From an uncultured delta proteobacterium (GTDB lineage Bacteria; Myxococcota; Myxococcia; Myxococcales; Myxococcaceae): a stretch of 41,765 nucleotides of DNA. The stretch covers positions 1-41,765 of the forward strand of contig CAVYSY010000019.1 in NCBI GenBank assembly GCA_963771175.1, given 5' to 3'. A program made the translations under genes and the position numbers. A model generated the notes under the pieces. The model saw only the letters and a list, made by a program, of their open reading frames with translations, was not told the origin of the DNA and did no database searches. Positions 26,064 through 35,031 of this stretch are shown piece after piece (within the stretch, counting starts at the first letter, position 1; every line of letters starts with the position of its first letter).

Positions 26064-28817
26064 TCAGGGGCCCGCGTAGGTGGCGAGCCCCGTCGCGGTC
26101 CCGATGTACCGGATGCCCTGCGGTCCCACCCCGAGCGCGCGGATGTCCTCGCTCGGCAGCCCATCCTCGAGGCCGAAGCAGGTCGCGATGTCGAGCCCGA
26201 GGTCGTAGCGGATGAGTCCGCGCCGGGTCCCGGCCCACAGCAGATTCCGGACCTGCCCGTTCTCCGTGCGGCGCTCGTAGAGGAGGGTCTGCACCTGCTC
26301 GTCGAGGAAGTTCCAGGGCGGGGACTTCAGCACGGGACCCGGCTGCCCGAGCGCGCCCCAGCCCTTGGTGGTGCCGACGTAGGGGAGGCCCTCGGGGCTC
26401 ACGGCGACGGCGAGCATGTCCTTGTCCGGCAGGGCAGGGGGGCCGTGGAGGACGGAGGAGACCAGGGCGACGGCGGGCTCGAAGGGCAGCTCCACCGTGA
26501 GGGTCAGCTCGGCGAGTCCCTCGGCGGTGGCGGCCCAGAGCTTCAGCGCACGCGCGCTGGAGGCCGGAGACACCAGCACCTGTCGCACCGGCACGCCCTC
26601 CAGGACGCGGCGGCCCACGACGGTGCCGGGCGGGCCTCCCGCGGAGGGATTGCTCGCGCGGGTGAGCACGAGACCCTCGTTGGTGCCGAGCAGGAGCAGG
26701 TCGGGGGACTCCAGCGCGAGCAGGGTGCGCACGGCCTCGCCGGAGGCGGAGAGCGCCCCGCCGCGGTAGCGGGTACAGGTGGTGCCGGTACACCGCTCCA
26801 CGCCGTCGTTGGTGCCCACGAAGAGGACAGGGCCGTCGGAGGACTCCAGCAGGGAGACGGCGAGCCCGCTGCTCCCCAGGGCCACGGTGGGAGTGCTGGA
26901 GAGCGACGGGGGCGGCGCGCGGAGGACGGACGAGGACTTCCCGTCCACGTACAGCACCTCTCCGGACGCCATGATGAGCGAGGTGATGGGCTCACCGTCG
27001 GTCACCAGGGGATCGACGAGGTGGCTGCGGCCGGAGGGCAGCACGGAGAAGGACACGGCGGTACGGCCCACGGCTCCGCGGGAATCCGTGGCGCGCAGCA
27101 CGAGCGTGTGCTTGCCCGCGATGGGCGAGGGCAGGGTCGCGGAGGCCTCGGTGCCGAAGCCCCCGGCGAGGCTGTCCAGCCACTCCAGACCGGCGAGGCC
27201 CTCGGGCATGTCGGAGGCCGAGCCGGTGGCGACGAGGGCGGCACCTTCGAGACACGGAGCGTCCAGGCAGCTCGTGTCGCCCTGGTCCACCTTGGCGATG
27301 TCCACCGACGGAGCGCCGTTCACCACGAGGGCGATGGTGGCCGAGCAGGTGAGGCCCCACGGATCGGAGACGGTGAGGTTGAGGGTGTGGTTGCCCGCCG
27401 TGGTGAGCCGGCGCGTGGTGGTGCTGGCCCCCTGGGCGAGCACGCCGTCGCGGTTGGAGCTCCACTTGTAGCTCAGGGTGAGCTGCGGGTCCTCGGTGTC
27501 GGTGGCGGTGCCCTGGAGCACGAGGTCCACGCCCGCGTTCACCTCTCCGCGAGCCAGGGGAGAGAGGATGGCGCAGTCCTGGGGCGGGGAGTTGGTGACG
27601 ACGCGCACCGGGCGCCAGGCGCAGCCCTCGAGGGTCGGGTCCTCCGGGTCCCTCGCGCACGCGGAGAGTGCCTGCGCGCCGGCCGCGGAGAGGACGACGT
27701 CGAGCTCCTCCGCCTCGCCGAGGACCGCGGAGGCGGCGGTGGTGCGCCAGGAGGGAAGCAACTCCTCCCCGGTCTCGGGGTCCACGCAGCGGGTCTTCAG
27801 CTCGGTGGGGCCTCCCTGGAGGAGTCGCGCGCCGTCCTCGCGGGGCTGGAGGATCTCACACCGAGGGGGGAGGTTGGTGACGAGGTGGACACGCACCGAG
27901 TCCTGGGCCTGGTTGCCGAGGCTGTCGGTGGCGGTGGCCACCACGGTGTAGTCGCCCGGCGTGGTGAAGGTGAACGTCATCGCCGCGCCCGTACCGAGCC
28001 GCGTGCCCCCGGGCTCGAGCGTCCACTCGACGGCCTCGGACAGGGCGTCTCCGCCGTTCGGGACGTTGAAGTCGAGCGCGGTGGCGCGGAAGAGGACGCT
28101 GGGCGAGTACGGCGCCGGCTGGCCGGCCTTCACGTACAGCTCGGCCTCGGGACGGAGGATCTGCACCGCGGGGGCCTGGGTGGACTTCACCGTCACGGGC
28201 ACGCGGGCGGTGGTGCTCTCCCCGGTGCTCGGGTCCGTGGCGGTGCAGGTGAGGGTGTCCTCACCCGCCACCCCGAGCGCGGCCTGGGCCCGAGCCCCCG
28301 AGGACAGGGGGCCGGAGAGCTCTGACACCCACTGGATGGCCGTCTCGGGGAGGGGTGCGCCGGTGACGGAGAGGGCCTCGCAGTGGAGCGGCATCAACTG
28401 CCCGCGGTTCCACGCGCTGCCGGAGGCCGGCTCGCGGATGACGACGCTGGGGGCGTGGGCGGCGAGCACCTGGAGGACGACGGAGGCGCTGGCCACCAGC
28501 CCACCGGAGTCGATGACGGTGGCGGTGAGCGTCTGCTCCCCCGGCTCGGAGAAGGTGACGGTGGGGGAGCCTCCGCGGGCGAGCTGGCCGGACCCGGAGG
28601 CCACCCACACCACCTGCTCGTCGAGCTTCGCGCCGTCCTCGACATCCTCGACGCGGGCGATGAGCTGGAGCGCCTGCCCCATGCGCACCACCTGTCCACG
28701 GGAGGGGCTCTCCAGGGTGATGCCGGGCGGGGTGTTGGTCGGCGGCGGAGGTGGCTGGCGCTCACAACCACCGAGCCCCAGCGCACACAGGAGCGCGAGC
28801 AGGGAGCGCGTGTTCAT
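26064..28817 (-). CDS. Lipoprotein with ~6 PKD/Ig-like repeats and a C-terminal beta-propeller
   Basis: Lipobox LGGC; repeated P...I..P...W.S...G.L..G...G...L...ATD units; propeller motifs LFVGT, LWAGT, DGLPS. Confidence 0.8.
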   Translation of the reverse strand: MNTRSLLALLCALGLGGCERQPPPPPTNTPPGITLESPSRGQVVRMGQALQLIARVEDVEDGAKLDEQVVWVASGSGQLARGGSPTVTFSEPGEQTLTATVIDSGGLVASASVVLQVLAAHAPSVVIREPASGSAWNRGQLMPLHCEALSVTGAPLPETAIQWVSELSGPLSSGARAQAALGVAGEDTLTCTATDPSTGESTTARVPVTVKSTQAPAVQILRPEAELYVKAGQPAPYSPSVLFRATALDFNVPNGGDALSEAVEWTLEPGGTRLGTGAAMTFTFTTPGDYTVVATATDSLGNQAQDSVRVHLVTNLPPRCEILQPREDGARLLQGGPTELKTRCVDPETGEELLPSWRTTAASAVLGEAEELDVVLSAAGAQALSACARDPEDPTLEGCAWRPVRVVTNSPPQDCAILSPLARGEVNAGVDLVLQGTATDTEDPQLTLSYKWSSNRDGVLAQGASTTTRRLTTAGNHTLNLTVSDPWGLTCSATIALVVNGAPSVDIAKVDQGDTSCLDAPCLEGAALVATGSASDMPEGLAGLEWLDSLAGGFGTEASATLPSPIAGKHTLVLRATDSRGAVGRTAVSFSVLPSGRSHLVDPLVTDGEPITSLIMASGEVLYVDGKSSSVLRAPPPSLSSTPTVALGSSGLAVSLLESSDGPVLFVGTNDGVERCTGTTCTRYRGGALSASGEAVRTLLALESPDLLLLGTNEGLVLTRASNPSAGGPPGTVVGRRVLEGVPVRQVLVSPASSARALKLWAATAEGLAELTLTVELPFEPAVALVSSVLHGPPALPDKDMLAVAVSPEGLPYVGTTKGWGALGQPGPVLKSPPWNFLDEQVQTLLYERRTENGQVRNLLWAGTRRGLIRYDLGLDIATCFGLEDGLPSEDIRALGVGPQGIRYIGTATGLATYAGP

Positions 28818-28850
28818 CGGCCGGTGTCCCAAGGTGTCCCCCTTCGTCCC

Positions 28851-29927
28851 TCAGCCCCGAGGCCGGCAGATGGTGCCGGTAGCCGATTCGTCGCAGGCGA
28901 AGGATTCTGGGCACTCGGCGTCCGTGGTGCAGCGGAAGGTGCAGGCGCCCTCGATGCACAGGCCCTGGGTGATGCCCCGGCCCCGGCAGCGCTCGTCGCC
29001 ATCGCAGGGCGTGCCCACCTGACGGTAGGCGAAACAACCCGCGAGCTGGGCCGGCTCGGGCAGGCAGCGGCCGTCCTGGCAGTTGAAGCCCTGGGCGCAC
29101 TGGCTGGTGCTGTCGCACTCCGCCACGCAGGCCTTGCCGCCTTCGGGGATATCCTCGCAGCTCGTGCCGGACGCGCACTTCCAGTCCCCATCGCAGGGAG
29201 CGCACTGCGCGCCGGGGCCCTCGCACCGCTCGTTCCGGCAGGAGAGGCCCGCGGCGCACTGGGCATCCGACTCGCACTCCACGCACCGGCCATCCGTGGC
29301 GCAGTGGTTGCCGCCCTCGCAGCCGGTGACGGTGCAGCCGCGGTTGACGAAGTCGTCGTCCGGCGCGGAGAGCTGCACCTTCACGTCCTTGTGCTCGCCC
29401 TCGCCCACGCACGCGTCCGACTGCTTCAGCGGGAAGCCGGGGACGGACACCTCCAGGCCGTAGCAGCCCTCCGGCAGCGGGCCCACGCGCAGGCTCCCGT
29501 TCTCATCGAGTTGCAGCCGCTGGAAGGGCGTGCCCACCACGGACACCTGCCCGTCTCCCACCCGCTGGCTCGCGGGCGCTCGCACCTTCAACTCCAGGAA
29601 GCCGGCCGTGTGGGGCACCACGTCCGGCACCTGCGTGGAGCTGCCTCCCTGCACCACCACCGGCAGGCGCACCGCCTTGTCCGCCGAGGCCACGATGAAC
29701 AGCTCCCCCGCGCCGGCCGGCACGCGCTCCAGCACGAAGGCGCCGTCCTCGGCCACGGTGCTGCGCAGGCCCGGGTTGCCCACCAGGGACACCAGGGCCA
29801 CCGACGGGTTGGCCTCGGTGAGGCGGCCCCTCACGGTGCCCGTCCGGAAGGGGGTGTTGTCGAAACCTCCGCACGCGCTCGCCACGAGGGCGAGGGCCAT
29901 CATCAGGCTGTAGGCGGTCTGGCGCAT
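28851..29927 (-). CDS. Lipoprotein with carboxypeptidase-regulatory-like (beta-sandwich) domains and Cys-rich EGF/Dickkopf-like tail
   Basis: Lipobox ASAC; GTVRGRL..DGAFVLERVPAG; repeated C..D..C..G..C..GRC. The ATG overlaps the upstream stop (TGATG). Confidence 0.8.
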   Translation of the reverse strand: MRQTAYSLMMALALVASACGGFDNTPFRTGTVRGRLTEANPSVALVSLVGNPGLRSTVAEDGAFVLERVPAGAGELFIVASADKAVRLPVVVQGGSSTQVPDVVPHTAGFLELKVRAPASQRVGDGQVSVVGTPFQRLQLDENGSLRVGPLPEGCYGLEVSVPGFPLKQSDACVGEGEHKDVKVQLSAPDDDFVNRGCTVTGCEGGNHCATDGRCVECESDAQCAAGLSCRNERCEGPGAQCAPCDGDWKCASGTSCEDIPEGGKACVAECDSTSQCAQGFNCQDGRCLPEPAQLAGCFAYRQVGTPCDGDERCRGRGITQGLCIEGACTFRCTTDAECPESFACDESATGTICRPRG

Positions 29928-31582
29928 CAGAAGCGGTACCCCACGCCGGCCCATCCGCCGGAGAAACCAACGGCCTGTCCCTGTCCGTCCACCACCACGT
30001 ACGTCACCATCGTCTGGACCTGGGACATCAGCTCCATCCGCTCGTTCAGCCGCCACACCACGCCACCCACCACTCCCGGGCTGACAGTGAAGTACTGCTG
30101 GTTGCCGGTGAAGGCCTCCGTCTGGAAGGACCGCTGGAGGAGCAGAGCGGCCACACGCGGGCCCGCGTAGAGCGACAGTCGCTCCCAGCGCCACGTGTAG
30201 GGCACCGAGGCCCCCAGGGAGAACGAGGTGTAGGTGAAGGGCACGGAGCTGCCGGGCACCAGGTCGAGGCTGTGCCGGCCCCGGCTGCCGCTCACGTCGA
30301 AGACGAGGCTCAGGTCCGGCAGCGGGCGCTCCTCCAGCCGAAGCACCACCGCCACCTCCGGCGAGGCGGGCAGCAGCTCGTTGCGGCTGCGCGCATCCAC
30401 GAAGGAGAACATGCCGCCCACCAGCGCCAGCGAGCGGCGCGGGAAGGCCTGGGACAGCAGTCGCTCCAGCGGCAGCCGCTCGCCCGCGGCGATGTCCACC
30501 ACCTCACGAAAGAGGAGGTCGTCCCCCTTGGTGAGCTCCACCGTGCGGCGCCCGGGCTTCACGGCGGTGCCGCCGGGCAGCTCCGTGCGCTCCTCGCCGT
30601 CCACCTTCAGGGTGAAGCCGTCCAGCCGGGGGTTGTACGGAGAAGAGCTCCGGCCGGCCCGTCCGGTTGATGCGGCCGGAGAGCACCACCGGATCCGCGC
30701 CCACCTCCAGAATCTCCGCCGAGGGCCGCTGCCGCCCCTCGGTGAAGCGCGTAGGTGCGGCGGCGCGCGTAGTCGTGCGCCTCGGTGGCGGTGACGGCGC
30801 CGTCGATGTTGCGATCCGCCGAGCCATTCAGCCCCTCGATGAGGAAGTGGGTGTAGATGTCGTTCTTCAGCCCCTCGTCCTCGCGGGCCGTCTCGCCCCA
30901 GTCGCAGGCGGCGAACACCATGGAGGCGCGGCTCGACTCCTCGAGGGGGCGTGCGTAGAAGCCGGCCTTGATGCCGGCCAGCTCGGCCTCCAGCTCGCTG
31001 GGGCAGCAGCGACTTGCCGCTGCCGCTGTGGCAGGTGGCCAGCACCATCAGCCGGCGGCGCGAGGGGAGCTGGTCGAACTCGGTCTTCAGCGCGTCCATG
31101 GACAGCGCCGTCTGGGCGATGGACCGGTACGAGGCGTCGCGGGTGACCAGGTAGCGCTTGCAGCTCGCCCTTGCCGTCGCGCGCCAGCGTGCCGTGCGCG
31201 GAGACGTACACCACCACCACGTCGTCGGGCCGCGTGGCCTCCTGCCGCAGCTGTCGCAGCGCGGCGAGGATGGACGGCCCGGGTCGTCTCCTCGGGACGG
31301 GAGAGGACGCGCACCTGGTCGAAGTGGCCGCGCGTCGGGTCCTTCAGCGCCGAGCCCAGGTCCTCCGCGTCCTTGGCGGCGTAGCGCAGGTCACGCCACT
31401 GCGCGTCCTGGAACTGGGACACGCCCACCAGCAGCGCGAGGCGTCGCGGCGCGTAGGCATCGCGAGAGCTTCGTCTCGTCCACCTTCACGGACACGAGCC
31501 CGCCCTTGCCGCCCTTCTCGAGCGGGCCAGGGCTCGCGCAGGCCGCGAGTACCGCCAGGAGAATGAAGAGAAGGCGCCTCAC
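29927..31582 (-). pseudogene. Caspase-family (peptidase C14) lipoprotein with C-terminal beta-barrel-like region; about six frameshifts, probably sequencing errors
   Basis: Pieces across frames: lipobox LAAC; RLALLVGVSQF; LRYAAKDAE; VVVYVSAHG (His); LMVLATCHSG (Cys); ETARED...IYTHFLIEGL; DRNIDGAVT; C-terminal amphipathic strands ending GVGYRF. Confidence 0.8.
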
Positions 31583-31602
31583 CGTGGGCCTGGATTGTGC
31601 CC

Positions 31603-32388
31603 TTAATGGCCCTGGACGTGGAGGTCGAACCGGTTGATGGCCAGGGCGGAGCGCTCGTCCATGTCGCCACGGGTGAGAGATTCACGCACCTCCTCGGGAG
31701 GGGGCATCTGTCCCGAGGGGAAGCCCACCAGCCACAAGGTGAGGGCTCCGGACTCTCCCTCCAGGCTGATGCCCACCAGCCCCTGGGGTCCTTCCAGCTC
31801 GTGCGTGCCGGCCTGGAGCGGGAAGCGGCCGAGCAGCTCGGGGGCCGCGTCCCCGCGCTGCTGGAAGAGGAGGGCCTCGCCGGCCTCGGTGGCATGGTAG
31901 CGCAGCACCAGCACCTCCTCGTCCGAGGCGGTGGTGCCTGGATCCATCCGCCGCAGGCTGTCGCCGGGCCCGTGGGCGACCACGGACATCTCCAGGGCCA
32001 GCCGGCCCACGCCCTTCACCCCGTCCCAGACGTCCGTCTCCTGCTGGGGAGGCTGTACCTGAGCGCGGGTGAGGACGACGAGCCCCGCCAGTCCCGCCGC
32101 CAGCGCCACGCCCACCGCCGCCCGGCGCCACACCGGCCCGGGGCCTCGCAGGGCGCGACGGATGCGCGCATCTCCCACCTCGTCCAGCCGGGGCTCCTCC
32201 TGCCAGGCCGGCGCGAGGTGGAGCAACAGGGCGTCCACCTGGCCGTCGAGCAGCCCCGGGCCCGGGTGCCTCGCCAGGACCTCCATGCACTCCTCGCAGG
32301 GGTGCGCCAGGTGCTCGCGAAAGTACTCCACCGCCTCCGGCTCACCGGCGGTCAGGGCGCGCAGGGCTTCGGCATCCAGGTGTCTCAT
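31603..32388 (-). CDS. Putative membrane anti-sigma factor (ZAS-like N-terminus, one TM, extracytoplasmic domain)
   Basis: MRHL...EHLAHPCEEC zinc-binding-like motif; TM AAVGVALAAGLAGLVVL; starts 2 bp downstream of the ECF sigma gene. Confidence 0.75.
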   Translation of the reverse strand: MRHLDAEALRALTAGEPEAVEYFREHLAHPCEECMEVLARHPGPGLLDGQVDALLLHLAPAWQEEPRLDEVGDARIRRALRGPGPVWRRAAVGVALAAGLAGLVVLTRAQVQPPQQETDVWDGVKGVGRLALEMSVVAHGPGDSLRRMDPGTTASDEEVLVLRYHATEAGEALLFQQRGDAAPELLGRFPLQAGTHELEGPQGLVGISLEGESGALTLWLVGFPSGQMPPPEEVRESLTRGDMDERSALAINRFDLHVQGH

Positions 32389-32390
32389 CT

Positions 32391-32975
32391 TTACTCCCAC
32401 CGTCCGGCCAGCACGCGCCGGAGCAGCTCCTGCTTGATTCGGGCCCGGAACCGCTCCAGGCGCATCGTCACGGCGCTCTTTCCCACCCCGAGCTTCTCGG
32501 CGATCTCCCGGGCGGAGAGCTGTCCCTCCACGTAGAAGAGGTGGACCGTCTTCTTCTCCTCGCCCTCGGGCAGCTCGTCGATGAGCTGGCGCACCACGGC
32601 CATGTCCCGCTCGAGCTGGAGGGCCTCGGGTACCAGGGCGACCGTCTCTGGCTGCGGATCCGAGCTCTCCTCGTCCAGCCGGCGCGTCTGGCCCTTGCGC
32701 TCCAGGCGGGTGCGGGCCCGGTTGCGGGCGATGGACAGGAGCCATGCCTCGAAGGCCGCCGGCTCCTTGAGCCGGGGGAGGGCCTTGAAGGCGCGTACGT
32801 AGGTCTCCTGGATCACGTCTTCCACCTCGTCCGGGTCCAGCGGTGCGAAACTGGCCGTCAGCCGAGCCACCAGGGGCCTCGTCCGCCGGTACAGCTCACT
32901 GAAGGCAGGCGTCTCCCCCCGCGCGGCCCGCACGACCCACTCCGTCAACTCCCGTGAGGAACCCACCCGGGTCAT
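32391..32975 (-). CDS. ECF RNA polymerase sigma factor
   Basis: [29 protein letters not shown] (region 2); [20 protein letters not shown] (region 4). Alternative start at 33002. Confidence 0.93.
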   Translation of the reverse strand: MTRVGSSRELTEWVVRAARGETPAFSELYRRTRPLVARLTASFAPLDPDEVEDVIQETYVRAFKALPRLKEPAAFEAWLLSIARNRARTRLERKGQTRRLDEESSDPQPETVALVPEALQLERDMAVVRQLIDELPEGEEKKTVHLFYVEGQLSAREIAEKLGVGKSAVTMRLERFRARIKQELLRRVLAGRWE

Positions 32976-33100
32976 GGACCCCCCGGCTTTCGCAACGGCC
33001 ACGCGCTGGCGGGTGGACGGACGCCGCGCTTCCTGCTTCCCCCCAGGAAGGGGTGGGGCACAATGGCCGCGCGGTTGTTCACTTTCCCGAGGATACAGCC

Positions 33101-34189
33101 ATGCGCGTCATCAACTTCAACGCCGGTCCGGCCGGCCTGCCCCTGCCCGCGCTCGAGCGCGCGCGGGACGAACTGCTCGATTTCCAGGGCTCCGGCATGT
33201 CCATCATGGAACACAGCCACCGGGGCAAGGAGTACGACGCCGTCCACAACGAGGCCATCGCCCTGCTCACCGAGCTGCTGGGCATCCCGGACACCCACCA
33301 GGTGCTCTTCCTCACCGGCGGGGCCTCGCAGCAGTTCGCCCAGGTGCCGATGAACTTCCTGCCCCCGGGCGCCAGCGCGGACTACATCCTCACCGGCGTC
33401 TGGAGCGAGAAGGCCTACGAGGAGGCGCTCACCGTGGGCAAGGCCCGGGTGGCCGCCAGCACGGCGCTGCCGGACAAGCGCCACGTGCGGATTCCCCGCC
33501 AGGACGAGCTCCAGCTGGACCCGAAGGCGGCCTACGTCCACCTGACGAGCAACAACACCATCTACGGCACCCAGTGGCACTACTGGCCCGAGGTGGGCAA
33601 CGTCCCGCTGGTGGCGGACATGAGCTCGGACTTCCTGTGGAAGCCGACGGACGTGAGCCGCTTCGCCTTCCTCTACGCGGGCGCGCAGAAGAACCTGGGT
33701 CCCTCGGGCGTGCTGATCGCCGTGGCCCGCAAGGACTTCATCGCCCGCGGCCGCAAGGACATCCCGAAGATCTTCCGCTACTCGACGCACGCGGAGAACA
33801 ACTCGCTCTACAACACGCCGCCCACCTTGGCCATCTACCTGTGCCGCAATGTGCTGGCGTGGGTGAAGCAGGTGGGGGGCCTCGGGCAGCTCGAGCAGTG
33901 GAACCGGCAGAAGGGCGAGCTGCTCTACGGGACCATCGACAAGCACGCGGGCTTCTACCGGGCGCCGGTGGAGCGCGAGTCCCGCTCGTACATGAACGTG
34001 GTCTTCACGCTGCCCACGGCGGAGCTGGACGACAGGTTCGTGGCCGAGGCGAAGAAGGCGGGGATGGTGGGCCTCAAGGGCTACCGCTCGGTGGGTGGCA
34101 TCCGGGTGTCCACCTACAACGCGGTGACGGTGGACGACGTGAAGACGCTGGTGTCCTTCATGGAGGAGTTCGTCCGCAAGAACGGGTAG
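33101..34189 (+). CDS. serC: Phosphoserine aminotransferase
   Basis: [58 protein letters not shown]. Confidence 0.97.
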   Translation: MRVINFNAGPAGLPLPALERARDELLDFQGSGMSIMEHSHRGKEYDAVHNEAIALLTELLGIPDTHQVLFLTGGASQQFAQVPMNFLPPGASADYILTGVWSEKAYEEALTVGKARVAASTALPDKRHVRIPRQDELQLDPKAAYVHLTSNNTIYGTQWHYWPEVGNVPLVADMSSDFLWKPTDVSRFAFLYAGAQKNLGPSGVLIAVARKDFIARGRKDIPKIFRYSTHAENNSLYNTPPTLAIYLCRNVLAWVKQVGGLGQLEQWNRQKGELLYGTIDKHAGFYRAPVERESRSYMNVVFTLPTAELDDRFVAEAKKAGMVGLKGYRSVGGIRVSTYNAVTVDDVKTLVSFMEEFVRKNG

Positions 34190-34285
34190 CGGGGCGCGGG
34201 TGACGCACGGCGCCATCCGCGATGACATCGACGGCGGGGCGTTCGATTGACTAGACCTGGGGTGTCGTACCTTCCAGGAGGGGTC

Positions 34286-34846
34286 ATGAAGAACGCCACG
34301 CTGTGTGCTGTCGTGATGGCCGTTGTCCTCGCGCTACCCGCCGCCGCCAAGGATGTGGCGGGCGTGCAGTTCCCCGAGACGCTGACGGTCGAGGGGAAGG
34401 AGCTGAAGCTGAATGGCGCGGGCCTGCGCACGAAGGTCGTGTTCAAGGTGTACGCGGCCGGCCTGTACCTGCAGAACCCGACGCCGAGCGCCCAGCAGGT
34501 CATCGGGTCGGACCAGGTGAAGCGCGTGCGGATGTCCATGCTGCGCGACCTGGAGAAGAAGACCGATCGTCGATGCCATCGTGGATGGCTTCAAGAAGAA
34601 CGCGGGGGACAAGCTGCCGGCGCTGCAGCAGCGGCTGGACACCTTCACCGCGGCCATCCCGGACCTGAAGAAGGGCGACGAGCTGGTGCTGACGTACGTG
34701 CCGGGCAAGGGCACCACCATCGAGAGCAAGGCGGACAGACGATCTCGGTGGAGGGCAAGGACTTCGCGGACGCGCTCTTCTCGGTGTGGCTGGGGAAGAA
34801 CCCGGTCGACGGGAGCCTCAAGGACGGGATGCTGGGCAAGGACTAG
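34286..34846 (+). pseudogene. Chalcone-isomerase-fold periplasmic protein, two compensating frameshifts (~34564, ~34733)
   Basis: L.LNGAGLR...FKVY.AGLYL and F..ALF..WLG.NP.D..LK..MLG motifs. The true middle (DGFKKN...LKKGDEL) lies in another frame. Confidence 0.8.
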
Positions 34847-34898
34847 CGCGTCACCGCCCCGCTCCCTGGGGAAGAGGGACGGAGTGAAGGCGCGGAAA

Positions 34899-34940
34899 GC
34901 GGAGGGGGCCGCCGGGCAGCAACCCGACGGCCCCCTTCGT
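34899..34940. repeat. Intergenic inverted repeat (terminator- or REP-like hairpin)
   Basis: GCGGAGGGGGCCGCCGGG-CAGCAA-CCCGACGGCCCCCTTCGT, an 18-bp imperfect stem. Confidence 0.55.
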
Positions 34941-35031
34941 GTGTCAGCGGGACTCCTCTGGAACATTGCAGGGCGCTGGCCACGAAGTAGGGTGCGGCCC
35001 GCTCTTCCTTCCCGTACGGAGAAACACTGAG

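Noticed and set aside
25995..30170. Long plus-strand ORFs (776 aa, 595 aa) and similar antisense ORFs throughout the window
   Set aside because: Stop-poor shadows of GC3-biased genes on the opposite strand, with no motifs or RBS.
29927..31582. Programmed frameshifting or phase variation in the caspase gene
   Set aside because: The shifts are numerous, not at slippery or homopolymer tracts, and equally affect unrelated housekeeping-type genes; sequencing error is more parsimonious.
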